A DNA stretch of 64,000 bases from Octopus sinensis (GCF_006345805.1 NC_043001.1:37882001-37946000), one strand, 5' to 3'. Numbered from the stretch's first letter, positions 13,633 through 27,970 are shown. Numbers and translations: made by a program. The notes: generated from the letters alone by a model not told the origin.

Positions 13633-14157
13633 ATATAAATTAAATTGGAGATAAAACCACTATTAGGCAACTCAAACAGTGAGACATAAACCAAAACATA
13701 AAAAACAAAAAATAAATATAATTAATATAATATATATATAAAATATAAAATTTAAAATTTAAATTATTAAAATTAAATTTTTTTTTAATTTATTTATTTT
13801 TAAATTTGTATATTTTTTAATTTTTAAATTTTAACTTTTTTTTATCTACCCAAAAGTATAAAAAAGTTAAATATAATATAAGTAAAAACACTTATATTAT
13901 ATTTAACTTTTTTATACTTTTGGTTAGATAAAAAAAAAATTTAATTTTAAAATTTTAAAATTTAAGATTTAAAAATATACAAATTTAAAAATAGATAAAT
14001 TTTTTAAAATTTTAAATTTTAATAATTTAAATTTTAAATTTTATATTTTATACATATATTATATATTATATTAATTATATTTATTTTTGGTTTTGGTTTA
14101 TGTCTATCACAGTTTGAGTTGCCTAATAGTGGTTTTATCTCTAATTTAATTTATATA
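13633..14157. repeat. ~525-bp AT-rich fold-back palindrome
   Basis: Arms of ~250 bp symmetric about a loop at 13884-13889. Confidence 0.85.
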
Positions 14158-14759
14158 TGTATATATATATATGATGTATATTTATATTCCAATATTTGTC
14201 ACTGGTTGAGCAAATTGGTGCTGATGTTGTCATTCCTTATTGATATTATGACCAGTTGATCTGTACTTTCAATGACTTGTAGGATAAAGAAATTTTTTAG
14301 AAACAGATAAGGTTTGGAAACAGGAAGAGCACCCAGCTATAAAATCCTGCTTCAACAAACTCAATAACAGACATCATGACGTTGGAAGAACAAGGTTACC
14401 TTTAACCAAAACTGCCTTAAGGTCACTGCTGAGCAAAGTGTAGTACCTGTAAGCCCACCCAAGGCTTAGAAATACCAGGTTGGTGACTTGCAGGGTTAAG
14501 CCTGACTCATGGGGGAAGAAATCCCTTTAGCGTTGGTTGGCAATGCCTCTAGAGAAGGTGTCTCAATAAAATTACTGATGTTTGTGGCATCTCAACACCA
14601 AAATTCTCAAAAGTGAAAATGTCAAATACAAAGATATTAAACAGTGGAGTGAACAAGACTGACATTAAAAACAGAGTATACAAGCATAGTTGTGGACTCT
14701 CAGATCCTTGGCTAGCAACCCACCTAGTGATGGTGTCACAATAAAAATACTAGTGATTG

Positions 14760-17700
14760 TACAACCTTACAAATGCTACCGCTAAATGAGTGAGGTCAAA
14801 ATTAAATAATAACCACAATTGTGCTAACAAGACTTGAACTGTTAACAATGAAGGTATAGTACATAACAGGCTGGGAGTCTGTGATGAAGCTCCAGCAGGT
14901 TGTCATCAAGCTATTGATCAGGACCAAAATTGCAGTGAAAAGTGCAAAAGCAAAAGAATGAAATGGGATAAACAAACAAAATAGCAATAGAATTCTGGCT
15001 AAGAAGTGAGTCAAAATAAAAGAGGGTTCATGAATTGAATGAAGAGAATATGAGATGTGAAAGGAAGATCTGAAGCATCCACCCAGTGACTGATCGATCA
15101 AACAAGAGAAATCCATAAGAATGACTGGATTATGGAAGTAGAGATTGAAAAAATTCAGAGAACGATAGAAAAAATATGAGTAGAAGGAGAGTAACACAGC
15201 AGTAGTAGAAAGAGGTAACGAAGGAATAAGAGATGAAGAATATATGGAAAAAATGGAAATCACAGAGTATCAGAGAATACTGATAGAGTAACTCGTGAAT
15301 ATAATCTGGTTGGACAAGTGACAGTAAGTACTTGAATGCTGAAGAGGAGATTTTAGAAATGTTGCAAGATAAAATGTCTGATGGGAACAATGAAGTAAAT
15401 TTAAGATGTATGGATAGAAAAAATTGAGGAGAGCCACAGGCAAAGTAAATGATATTTTAAGCTTGATTAAAACAGAAAATATCAGTGAAACAAACCAGCT
15501 AATCATAGCTGCTGCTAATGATGTAGCTAACAAAATAGATTACAAGCAAAAATCTAAAGATATAAAAAGGAAATGAAAAGAAAGAATCAATCTGGAGGAA
15601 GAGAATACAAATGAAGCTGGAAAAGACATGGAGAGAACTGAGGCAATTGAATAGGATAAAGAGAGGAGAGCTCAATAATAAGGTAGTAATCAGAAATTTG
15701 AATAGAGAATACAGGTTAGAAGCAAGGGGAAAACAAACAGTACATGAAGAATTAACACAAAAGGTGACAGCTTTAAAGGCCAAATTGAAAAGATATGATG
15801 CTAGATCCAAAGTTTTCGAACAGAATAGTCTGTTCCAATCAAATAGAAGGCATCTATTTGAGAAAATAGGAGGCCAACACCAGCAACTGATTCTAGATGA
15901 GGAAGAAAGTAAAGAATTTTAGAACAGGCTGGTGAGACATACAGAAAGTGTGAGGTGTCAAACAAAGGTGGAAAGACAACTTGTAACTGTACCAAGACAA
16001 AAAGGCATCAGAATTAACCTGACATCCTTTTGTCTTGCAAGACAGAAGTTAAAAGAATAGCAAACTGGAAAAGACTAGGCTTGGTTGGAGTACAAGGCTA
16101 TTGCTTGAAGAACTTTATACAGTTGCATGAAAGGACTGCAGCACAACCAGATGACTTCCAGCAGCAAGGTCACATCCCTACCTGGATAACAAGTGGACAA
16201 ATGCTACTATGCCTAAAGGATCCCTTGAAAGGGAACTTGGCATCAAATTTTCAACCTGTAACCTGTTTACCACTTATGTGGAAGCTTATGACTGGTGTCC
16301 TGCCGAAAGAGTTATACAACCATTTTGAAAGTAAAAATCTACTTCCAGAACAGAAAGGGGTGCAGGAAACAAAGTAGGGCAACAAAAGATTACTTATTAG
16401 TTGATAAAAGGATAATAAGAAATCGTAGATGCAAATTGATAGGACAGATATTATGAAAGGTGACATCAGGGTACACCTTAAAAAGTGGAGGAAATCAAAT
16501 CATCTGTTATATATGGATGACTTAAAGATCTTTGGAAACACCAAACATGAAATATATGGCCCAGTTTCAACAGTGTAGATATTCAGCAAGGATATCAGAA
16601 TAGAATTTAGGACTAAAAAGTGTGGTATGCTTATAATACAAAGAGGCAAAGTAGTGTCATCTGATGGTGTAGAGCTACCCAATGGTGAGAAAATCAAGGA
16701 TATTGAGACTAATGGATATAAATATCTGGGGATTTTAGAATACGACAAAATCAAGGTAAGTGAAATGAAGGAAAGCTTTAGGCAAGAATATATCAGAGGA
16801 ACCAAGTTAATTATGGGAAGTAGACTCAATGGAAAAAGCAGAATCAGGGCAATGAACACATTGACTGTTTCCTTAATGCAATACAGCACAGGTGTTATTA
16901 GGTGGACAAAGAATGAGCTTGAAGAAATGGACAGAAAAACTAGAAATGTGATGGCAATTGACAAGGAACTTCACCTTAAAATTGATACTGACAGACTGTA
17001 TGTTCCCAGAAACAGGGGAGGAAGAGGTCTCATAGGATGCAAGATCTGTGTTGTCAATGAGAAGAAATGGAAAATGAAGCCACTCCACAGGCAACACCTC
17101 AGAGAAATCAAAGGGAAAGACAAGATCAACACTTGGAGACGGTTACAAAAAAGTGATCTGAAAGGGTGTGTTAAGGCATTGATATGCAGCACTCAGGAAA
17201 ACCTCTGAGAACTAATTGCACCTAGTTCCAAATAGATAAGAGTAGTAAATCACCCCTTTGTAGGATGTGTGGCAGTAGAAATGAAACAATGAAACAAACA
17301 AAAGGCGACGAGCTGGCAGAATCGTTAGCAGTATTTTGTCTGCCGTTATGTTCTGGGTTCAAATTCCGCCAAGGTAGACTTTGCCTTTCATCCTTTCAGG
17401 GTCGATAAATTAAGTACCAGTTACACACTGGAGTCGATGTAATCGACTTAATCCCTTTGTCTGTCCTTGTTTGTCCCCTCTATGTTTATCCCCTTGTGGG
17501 CAATAAAGAAATAAGAAATGAAACAATCCCACATATTGTGTAGCAATCTGGCCCAAAAGCACTACAAACAGAGGCACGATAATGTAGATAATGTAGTACA
17601 GACTGCTAAAAGATGAAATTGCAAGAATGTGGTCTATGAAGAGAGTGTCTGTCATTCCAGTAGTTGTAGGGGAACTTGGAGTACTAATAACCAAGTTCAA

Positions 17701-18190
17701 GAAATCATCATCGTTTAACGTCCGTTTTCCGTGCTAGTACGGATTGGATGGTTCGACCAGGGTCTGGGAAGCCAGGAGGCTGCACCAGGCTCCAGTCTGA
17801 TCTGGCAGTGTTTCTACAGCTGGATGCCCTTCCTAATGCTAACCACTCCATGAGTGTAGTGGGTGCTTTTTATGTGCCACCGGCACAGAAGCCAGTCAAA
17901 GCGGCACTGGCATCAGCCAAGGCGGCGCTGGCATCAGCCATGTCAAAAAAATCGGAATTGACATGAGAGTGGAGCAATCCCCAAAACATTGGTCTGCTAG
18001 GGACAGCTAGGATTTTGAATATCACTCACAATAATTACCAACCAAGTATTAAGGTTTATAATGTGTGGAAAGAGACCCTGTGAGACCTCTGACAACAGGT
18101 GGCTGTCCACTCTCACAGAATCTATCAGAACAAACAAGACTGTACTTTCTGAGAAAAAAAAAGCAATAATAATAATAATAATAATAATAT
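14760..18190 (+). mobile_element. Decayed R4/Dong-clade (RLE) non-LTR retrotransposon with nested insertions
   Basis: LIDQTREIHKNDWIMEVEIEKIQR, NFQPVTCLPLMWKLMT, LLYMDDLKIF, GYKYLGILE, CRMC..CSNLAQKHYKQRHDNV, QNIGLLGTARIL, (AAT)n tail; many stops and frameshifts. Confidence 0.85.
17304..17513 (+). mobile_element. SINE family B inserted in the R4-like LINE
   Basis: Flanked by a 14-bp direct repeat AGAAATGAAACAAT (17277-17290, 17514-17527). Confidence 0.85.
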
Positions 18191-18317
18191 TTGGAATTGC
18201 TCAAATACTCCAGATGTTGCTCGAAAAATAAGAGGTGTAACCTTAGTTCACTGGTAGTCAACAGCTGACACCGTAGTACATCTCCAGCATTAGAAGCTGT
18301 GCAAAGACGATATAATA

Positions 18318-18349
<32 letters not shown>

Positions 18350-18357
18350 GGTGGTGG

Positions 18358-19145
18358 TTCTTTTATTAATCACAAAGAGTGATTAAGAAAAACATTAAGG
18401 ACAGTACAGGACAAAACAAAGAATGTGAATGTGTGTGTGTGTATGTGTGTGAGCATATGTTGCAGTGATTTTTTTGTGTGTAAACAAGATTAACATAATG
18501 AAACATAAAATATCAATAATGTGTAACACTCAATTTAGAGAGATGTTTGGAAGTTAGCCATTGGTCCCAGGCCAAAAGTTCTCCAGAAAAGAGCAGCTAG
18601 CTGACCTTCTTCGACACCCAAGGTCTCCCCAAGAACATCATTACACTTTCACTCCCCTAAACCTCTATAGAAAGCTATGTTGGACATTCCACCTATCACA
18701 GTGTCTGACTGGTTGAGGGCTGTGAGGATTGAAGACATTCCACTTTTGAGATGCCTTTTCAAGATCTTTGTTTGATCCAGGGCTGCAGCTTCATTAAAGA
18801 GACCAGCTGAGGAAATACATGTCAGGTGAATGGTAACCACACCTGTTCACCATCAAGGAAGTACAAGAAATGTCACAGCTTCAGCATATGTCTGCACATC
18901 ATCAACCATGGCATGCCCAAGCCAACTGCACAGTGGGTGTTGACAACAGACAGACCCTCTGACTATTGGGACATACACCTTCTACAAGAAGCAGAAGATA
19001 TATGCTCCAGCATAATCAGACAGTGGCCGGGACAAGCAGTAATAGATGATGGTCATGATGTACACATTAGCCAACCTTTCAGTGATAGCTTCCTCTTGAC
19101 CCATTTCTGGATGAGAGTAGTCACCCTACTTATTACCTCATGAAA
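18358..19145 (-). mobile_element. Decayed Tx1/L1-like LINE fragment
   Basis: Minus-strand IQKWVKRKLSLKG and LGMPWL traces. Confidence 0.5.
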
Positions 19146-19269
19146 TGCATCTCAGTTGCAGCAGCTTAAAAAAGGAGAATGATAACAACAGTGACCACAA
19201 AAGTCAAAATTAAACTATCGTCAGTAATAGAATCAGTCACAAATCTCCTGAAATTTTTATCAGTAAAGG

Positions 19270-19407
19270 TGATGGTGGTGGCGGCGGCGGCGGTGGAGGG
19301 TGGGGGTGGTGGCAGTGGCGGAGGCTGCAGCAGCAGTGTTGGTGGTATGGGTGGTGGTGGTAGTGGTGGTGGTGGTGGTGGTAGTGGTGGTGGTGGTGGT
19401 GGTAGTG
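19270..19407 (+). repeat. (GGT/GGC)n compound tract upstream of the gene
   Basis: Visible repeat. Confidence 0.9.
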
Positions 19408-19510
19408 GACAGGATAATGATGATAGCAAAATCGTCTTCATGATAATTTATTATCAAAACATTTGAAGAAGGAAACTTTGAACCTCATCACATGTTGTTC
19501 TACTTGTATT

Positions 19511-19517
19511 TATAAAA
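19511..19517 (+). promoter_or_regulatory. Candidate TATA box (TATAAAA)
   Basis: Begins 40 nt upstream of the predicted ATG; TSS unknown. Confidence 0.25.
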
Positions 19518-19550
19518 TCGTTGTAACTGAGAGATTTAATTGGAAGCAGA

Positions 19551-19617
19551 ATGTCTATATTACAAGTCACAAAAATTAGCTGCTTTTTACTGATTGGAAT
19601 CCTTCCATATGCATTCG
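19551..19617 (+). CDS. Exon 1 (signal peptide) of MAM-like/mucin type I membrane protein gene
   Basis: ATG TCT ATA... gives MSILQVTKISCFLLIGILPYAF(G) with a hydrophobic core and A-x-G cleavage pattern. Donor G|gtaaga, phase 1, matches the next exon. Confidence 0.75.
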
Positions 19618-19763
19618 GTAAGACATTAATAGATTTATTTTCAAATAACAAATACTTTTTATTAGTCTATTTGATATCTGTATGCCTAGGACATATTGTG
19701 AGGAAAAAAACTGTGCGGTTGTATATCAATCACTCTTAAAGCTCTCAGGTACACAGGTATACA

Positions 19764-19820
<57 letters not shown>

Positions 19821-19959
19821 GCAAACAAATCAAACAAACAAGTACATACAGACATTCATGCACATAAATGCACACACTGTAAATATATTCAAATACATGC
19901 ATGCACACTCGCATATTCATGTGCACATGATCATAGCCATAAATATGTACATGAATTTA

Positions 19960-22300
19960 TATGTACACATGTATGGAGGACTGCAATAATCATTTTTATT
20001 AGCACTGTTACATTCATGTCTTGAGCAAGATTTGTTCTCTGTTGAAACTGCTGCCCAGGTCAGTCTTATGTCATGCTTGCACACATCTTTGTATCTCAAG
20101 AACGAGTAACCTTTACCTTTACACCCAAATTCCAGTTCATTAGAGAATAGCTCTTTTGGAATATGACCATCACCCAAACAACAAACATCTTCAACTTATC
20201 AAAATTGCCATTGGAGTGGGAAAAGAAAACACGGAGGATATGCTTACACTGGAAATCCTGTCCTGTCAGCAAACCTCAAGGATTCTACAGGAACACCTCA
20301 TATTGAAAATTGTTGTTTTTGTGAAAAGTGTGTAGTCCACAATTCACTGCTATAAATAATTGTACAAAAAAGCATAATCCTGGTAAACATATTTCTTGGC
20401 CCAATATTCTCTGATGTTATACTACCGTATTTTCTGAGTCTTGAGAGAGTAATAATTTCATTTCCAGTCAATCTCTTTCCAGTTTTCTTTCTCAGGCAAT
20501 GTTATCTATAGCAAACGAACAAAGATATTAAAACTTATGTATTATGTCCAGTCACTTACCTTTGATTATAATGCATAGAGGTTCTGGAGTACATTATCTC
20601 ATAAAATGGATTTTCTTGTGACTGAATGTAACTCCTAAAAATCTCTCCATTATGCTTTTTAAACTTCTGCAGAGTTTGGAGTTCATCATCAGCAAATGCC
20701 ATGCCTCTGATAGTAACTTTCCTTATCTTAGTTTTCACATTTAGTTTGGCTATATTGAAGAATCAGCCATCTTACATATCAGATGAATTCTTGAATATTT
20801 ATTTCATGAGTAGCATAAAGATACCAAGCTTATTTAATACTACTCTTCCTTCCAAATTCACAAGACACAGATCAATCATAGTGTACAGAGCTCAACATTT
20901 CATTATACAAGGACCTTATGATATTATAGATTAGGTTTGCAGTCAGTGAATGATATCATCTTAAAAAGACCATCTTAATCAATGAAGTCAAAAGCTCACA
21001 TATCCAGAGGAACTGTACCATTTCCCAATATTGAATGAGAAGCAATTGCAGAAGTACAAGCAAGATTGGCCTGCTATTTTTCAAGAACTCTATCAAAATA
21101 CAATCTTTTCTTAGGGCTTTGCCTATTGGCATCTAATCATAAAGTCCTTCTATGATAGGAAATTTGATCATACATGGGAAACTTTGAATACCATCAAAGT
21201 TGATTGGTCAACAAGTTTCTTTCTTCAATGATATTCAGTAAAGTTCCATCCATTTCTCTATCTATTCTGGTCTCACTGTAATTATTGTTACAGATTTGGG
21301 TTTGCTGATTGAGGTACCCTTTTTCTTTTTACCAGAATACATTTCCCTGATATTACTTGTGTCTCAGTTTGGAGGAGGGAGTTGGAGAGGAGTCAATAGT
21401 TATTAATGCCAATTCAGACAGTTACTTGAATTCTGCTTCTAGTTGTCACAAGTGTTTGGTGATTCTTGTAGAAGGCAAGATTTTTGTAGGCCTGAAGAGT
21501 CTATAATTTGCAGCACTGAAGTCACATAACCTTTCTAAATAGAATGAATGCCAATTATTGTGCTGCAGGATTTTTCTCAGAAGATTCTATTGCAGCAATG
21601 TGAAAGATTGTTTTGCAGTTGTCCAAGGGCTGCATGGCATTTTCTACAGTTTCTCAAGAAGACATATGAGAGCAATGAGTTAAAGTGGACAGGCTTTTCT
21701 GGTTTTGAATCGTTTGTTGCATTCAGGAATATCAACCCCTCTGTCTTTGGTGCAGACAAGTGAATAGTCTATATCACAAACTGCCTTGTTTTAAGTCCTG
21801 TTCATCCTATCTTAAGTAGCTTTAACTATTATCATTGACCATGTCAATATTGTAACAATCTAAGCAAATAGGCAATCTTCTTTTTATTGCATCACCTCTG
21901 GCATTAAAGTAGTGAAAAATTATCAAGGTTCTATTTCTAGGAAATGTTTGGTGTGACTGTCCAAGTTAACATCGAAGTCATCAACAACAGTAAGTCTAGT
22001 GTCATACATATAGAGAAGATGAAATCTTGTGAAGGAAAAGCATACACTCTGTATCTGAGCTAGTAAGGCTTAAAGAAGTGTATTCAAGACAGCAAACAAA
22101 ACACTATGTCCATGAGTTTCATATTCTCTCTTGCCTTACCAGAAAAATGAGTAGACAGCTTTTCTTAGGCTCCTAGATTCAATCTGACGGATATCTTGAA
22201 GAGCAACAGTGCACATAAAGATCTGACAAGAAGATTCGAAAATAGATTTCCGATGTCAATACAAATCCTTTGTACTGATTCTTTAACTTGAGCTAGTTGA
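19960..22300 (-). mobile_element. Decayed RTE (BovB-like) LINE in intron 1
   Basis: MAFADD RT motif and IPKELFSNEL...LRYKDVCKHDIR C-terminal motif. Confidence 0.65.
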
Positions 22301-22660
22301 TGTTAAATAACCAATTTATCAGCATAGTTATATTATGACTTCTAATATAGGCATAGACCAAACATTTTGGGGCAACAGAACTTGAAAGATGAGAACTCTA
22401 TTCTAAATGAAGGAATGTAAGCTATTAGACTAAGTGACTTGTTTAATATGAAGTCTAAAATATAAAAATTTTAATTCACTTACTCAATTAAATCTATTGA
22501 GAAAGGTATAAGCATCACAGAATCTCATTTCCCCTTTCTATATTAAACCTAATACTTTGAGTCTATGTAAAAAAAAATTGATATTAAAAATAAAGTAAAA
22601 TTATTTCAGTACACAATACTTTCAGAAAGCTAATAGTGTTTATATTTTCATAATATAAAG

Positions 22661-22762
22661 GTTCCTGGGAATGTAGTTTCCAAAAGGGAATTTGTGATTG
22701 GTCTCCTGCAAATAGCAAATGCTCCTGGAAATGGACAAACAAGCAACTTGATGGAGTTAAAG
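22661..22762 (+). CDS. Exon 2, N-terminal part of MAM-like domain
   Basis: aag|GT...AAAG|gtgaga, 102 nt, phase 1-1. Reads (G)SWECSFQKGICDWSPANSKCSWKWTNKQLDGVK, matching the MAM CxFExxxCxW...W start. Confidence 0.8.
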
Positions 22763-23914
22763 GTGAGATTTTTTTCCCTTTTTTTTTCTGTAAGCTTGAG
22801 AAATATTAGTACTGCACAGTCTTATTTTTTCTTCATTTTCACACATCTTACTTTTACCTTCTTATTAATATAACAGTTCAAACAATAATGTCTGAGTAAA
22901 TATGAAGGAATATTTACATATTTATTAATCCCCAAGAAATAGCAGCCAAATTATTCTTAAATCACACTCTGGAAGCTCAGACTATATAAAATCTGGTACA
23001 TAAACAGATGAGTTGGTCATTGTTGGAATTCACAACGAGATCAAACAGAACCCAGTACCTTCACAATTGATTCATCAGTTATAAGTTTCTCCTGATACCT
23101 ACATTAGTGAAATATATACCTTTATGGTACTGACTTGAAACCAGAAGAATTGACTGTTGTTGAGGGTTAAGTCATTTTACACAAAGCATGATATTGTCTC
23201 GGACAGTTACTAAATCTCATTAATATACATATACACAACAGAAATGATACTCTAGGTTTTGGCATTTTTTCTGTCTTTGTCAAGAGGAAAGGATGGCAAC
23301 TGAAACATTTGCAGACCCTCAGAGACTAGTTAGATCAATTTTTTTTTTATTCTTTAATTTACATCACATCACTTGTAGACATTGATTCTAACTTGAAAAC
23401 AAATTTCCCTCCAGGCTTGTGAGTGCACAGTCATGAGACATTAAACCAATTTTCATTCAAATGTTAGATCAATAAAGTCTATGTTCAGCTTGAACATCTG
23501 TAAGCTGACATCTGCAAAAACAAGATATCTAGAGTGTTGATATGTTGGGGATGAAGGATTGTGTAAAGGAGTTAGTGTGAAACAGAAGATGAGGAAAGAC
23601 AGGTGTTTTGGTTTGACTTGACAGGTGATATTCAAGTAGCAAGTTTAAATGAGGACGGTTTATTGCAGTAGTGATAGAATAAGAATAGAGAAGAGAGAAT
23701 CATATTTCCAAGGCAGTACATTGGTGAATGAATCAATGCCAAAGTCACTGAGATGACTTTGTATTAGTTAAGACCTTGGGTGTTTGAGTGCTTAGTAACA
23801 GCATCATGTATGACAAACAGCCTCAGTGTATATATATATTTATGTGAGTGTGTATGTGTGTGTGTGTTTTGTGTGTTTTGTGTGTGCGCACGCGCGTATG
23901 TGTATCATTAGTGT

Positions 23915-26900
23915 AATAAGAATTATTGGATGCTGGATACTGGATGGTTTCCGTGTTGAAGCTCCTAGGAGCTTGTTCACAGGTCTTTTCCACTAGTACA
24001 ATTAATTTGTCATGTGTGGTACAACACTTCAACAGTTGTAGCTAATAGTAACAGACAGGGTCAAATTTTGCTGGAAGCTTCTTCCAGTGTGCATCAAGCA
24101 TGTTTTTGAAGGCATTGATTGATGGAACTGTGATCACACTGTTTGACAGACTGTTCCATGTGGGGGTCGCATGCTGTACAAAAAAGCAGCTTCTAATATT
24201 GAGCCTACAGTGTGATCTTTCCAATTTTAGGTTGTGTCCTCTCGTATTTCTGCCTTGGAAGTAGTTAAATTGGGGGCAGTTGATCAGGTACAGGCTGTGC
24301 GTATACTTATACATGTTGATCATATCCCCGCTCAGAAGGTGATGTTTGAGACTAGACAGCGCTCTGGGTATGGCTTTTCTTTCAAGGATGCAATGAGTTT
24401 AGTGGCAACACATTGCATTATGCCGGGGTTGCCAAACTGTGTGTCTATATTCAAGAATCTGGCGAACTAGAAACTTGTACAGGTGGACGAAGACAACGGG
24501 TGATGAAGTGAAATAATCATCGGATGACTCCAAGGATTCGATTTGCTTTTGCAGTTGCTTGGTTTATGTGGTTCCTGAAGGTCAGCACTTTGTTGATCAA
24601 GACGCCAAGATCCCCCTCCACCTCACTTTCTGCTAGCTCCATCACAGTCCGTTCCCCCTGTGCATCCTAGCCTCTCATGTAGTATTTCTTGTCCATCTTC
24701 GGGTTCCCCACTCTCAAGACGGAACACTTCTCAAGATGGAACCGCATTTGCCAGTTCATCGACCACTTGTGAAGGCGATCCAGGTCGTCTTGCAACGTTG
24801 CCGTGGTCACATCAACGTAATTCCTTGCGAAGAATTTTGTGTCGTCAGCAATAACCTGACGTGCCTCTGGACATGCCGCGGCAGATCATTTATATACATG
24901 AGAAACAGTACGGGGCCAATGACATTGCTTTGTGAGATGCCACTTGTCACCTCTCCTCTCTCTGACTTCACGCCATTGAAACAGACTCATTGTGACTGGT
25001 GGCTCAAGAAGTTCCGGATCCACTGAAGGACATTTCCCTTGATACCATGAGCTTCTACTTTGGCTACAAGCCTACGAGGTGGGACACTGTCGAATGCTTT
25101 CATGTTATCCATGTAGATCGCATTGAGTCCTCCCCCTGCGTCCAGATGTCAAGAACATCAAGTATTTGCATCACACATGATCTCCCCTTTGTGAACCAAT
25201 GCTGTTCTTGGTTGATGAGGTCATTTCGCCGCAGGTGTTCAATGATGTTCTCACGAACAAGCACCTCCATCACCTTGCACAGTACACAAGTCAAGCTTAC
25301 TGGCCTGTAGTTGTTGACCACAAAACGGCTCCTTTTCTTGAATATGGGGGTGACGTCAGCAGTTCTCCACTCGTCTGGGATTTTGCTTGTCTCCATTGAT
25401 TTTCTGTAGACAATTGTGATTGGTAGAGCGAGTACATCCGATAGCTCGGAAAGTATGCATAGGCTGATTCCATCCGGTCCTGGGGTCTTGGCAATCTTCA
25501 GGCTTGTCAGCTGCTTGTGAACTTTTTCCACAGAAATGTTTAAGTTGGTCAGCTCTGTGTCATATGTGTACTCTGACATGTCTGGTAGATTGCTTTCCTT
25601 CTCTACAGTGAAGACACTCTGAAAGAAAGTGTTCAGCAGATCGGCTTTCTCTTTGTCTGTGATTGTCTTAGAACCATCACTTCTTTTCAAGTCTGCAGTA
25701 CCAGTCTTTGATTTCGTCTTTGACATCACGTATGACCAAAATGACTTCGGGTTTGTCTTGGCTTGTGTTGCTACCATTTCCTCTAATTTCTTCTTTGCTT
25801 TATGGCATGCCTTTGTCCCTTTATTTCTGCTCCTAATGTAGGTTTGAAATCTTGCCCAACGTCTATACAGTTTGTGCTTCTGCCACACTGTTCTAAGTGT
25901 ATCTCTATCGAGTCACTTCTTCCTTCTTGCTCTCGAGCCTCCCATCTTTGGTACATATTTCTCTGTTACTCTGTCCAATTCCTTGCGCAGCTTTTCCCAT
26001 GCCTCTCCAACTGATAGACATTTCAGCTCATCCACCCATCTGATATTTTCCAGGTCTTTCCTCATCTCTTTAATATTTGCCTTTGTAAAGTTGAAATATT
26101 CTTTCTTTCCTGTTTCTTGGTATGCATAGGACAAGCTGATGATTAATACTACATGGTCACTCTTCCCAAGGGATGGTGCTATAATGATATCATTGATCAT
26201 GTCTTCCCTGTTTGTCATCACCAGGTCATCTAAAGTTGGACACTCTCCTTCCCTGATTCTTGTTGGTTCTCTCTGGTGCTGTATCAGGAATGCTTCCTTT
26301 GTCGCCATGAAGAACTTGTTCGCTGCATGGTTCTCACCTTTTAGACTCCTGTCTTGTTCCCAATTTATATCGGGGTAGTTGAAGTCGCCGATTAGCAGTA
26401 GATATTGAGGTTTCTTGTCTGCCATGTTTAATAGCAATCTGTTTAGACTCTCATTATTTTCCTCTGAGTTTGTATTTGGGCTCCTGTAGAACAATCCAAA
26501 TGTTATAGTTTCTTCTCATAGTTTACAATCTATGAATGCACACTCTTCGAAGTCCATCTCTAAATCACCATTCAAGGATGGTCTCAGCTCATTCTTAACA
26601 TATAAGCATTATCCTCAACCTCTTTTCTCGAGATTGTGAAATGGTTCATATCTGGGAATTGTGATTTCACTCTCTTGGATGTCAAATCTCAAGTTCTTTG
26701 GTTTAATCACCACAACCCCCATCACTACAGGCTTACGTATCTCTATCATGGCCTCTAATTCAGTCCTTTTATTTAGAAGACTGTCAGTATTTGTATATAG
26801 ACAGGTAACTGAACTATGGCTATTCAACGTATATACATTTGGTCTTTTGTAAATAATTTTATAGCGGTCCGTGGTGCAGGATGATTTAAAACTATCTACA

Positions 26901-27970
26901 CACTTTCCGTTTATTCTGTCTAATTGCCCTCCTCCTCTCATGGTGGCTTCCGGTATTCCCCGATGTTCACCACTTTGCCATTTCTACACACACAATTCGT
27001 TGTGTTGTTCCCCGATTACTTGGCCTGATCTTGTTTCTCTTTGAGCTCCTTGAAGAGTGCTTCTTCCTCTTTCCTCTCTGAGGAGGTCATGTCATTTCTC
27101 GCATTGACATTCCTGATCAGCTTGGGTTCATCCACTTCATCTTGCTTTTTTTTTTTTGCTGCTTTCTTAACTTTCCAGAAAGTTTAGAGAACTTCATCCC
27201 TGGAGTGTTGGTTGGAGAACGAAAGCCTTAGTGGTCTAAAATTCTTTGCTTTTGTTTTTGCTACAATGAGCTTTCCAAGTCTACGGACATCTTTTGGGTC
27301 ATGCAGGCTATCCAAGCAGTCAATCGCTTTCATGAACCTCTTTACACTGCCAACATCTTCCTGTCTTCTTTTCTCTTTATCTTCCATAGTTGGTTCATCC
27401 AGTCCAAATATGACCAAATTTTTGTTCCTTCTTGCTCTGTCTTCCGACTCCACTCTTTGCTCTCTAGCTTTCTCCTCCATCAATTTCTCAATGTCATTTT
27501 TGCTGATTTCTGCTCCCGACGTTTCATTTGCTGCAACTCCTACTGCTAACAATGTCTTCACTGCTTCTGCCATCTTGGGTGGGAATTCTCCCGCTTCAAT
27601 CTTTTGAAGTCTGTTCTTCGTTTCCTTCATCTCACTTTCAAGAGAGTCCATTCTATCCTCCATCATACCAAATCTAAGGAGGAACTTCCTGGCAAGCTAA
27701 TTGCCCAGTTTGGGACAATACCAAGAGAGGCCAGATCCCTGTTCCCTTTGGTTTGTTTCTGCTCTGATTGCCTTGAACAGTGATTCGCCAAAACCCAAAC
27801 ATTTTGTGTGGTACCAGGCATGGCACAGCTCACAGCCAACTGACCTCTGTTTATCCTCCCCTTCTTCCTCACATATGTTGCAAATGCTCAGTTGCTTTTT
27901 GTTTTTTTGGTCCCTTTCAGTTCCTTTATCAGCAAACCCATACATGCATCCACACAGGCTGAGAAACAAT
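23915..27970 (-). mobile_element. Near full-length CR1-clade LINE with PHD-finger ORF1 (disrupted), intron 2
   Basis: ORF1 C-x2-C...CELCHAWYHTKC...WYCP; APE (CLYTNTDSL, IGDFNYPDINW, SDH); RT (PGPDGI, NYRPVSLT); C-terminal TPTWNSL. Confidence 0.93.

Noticed and set aside
19166-19466. Poly-Pro and poly-Gly ORFs
   Set aside because: Products of the (GGT)n tract
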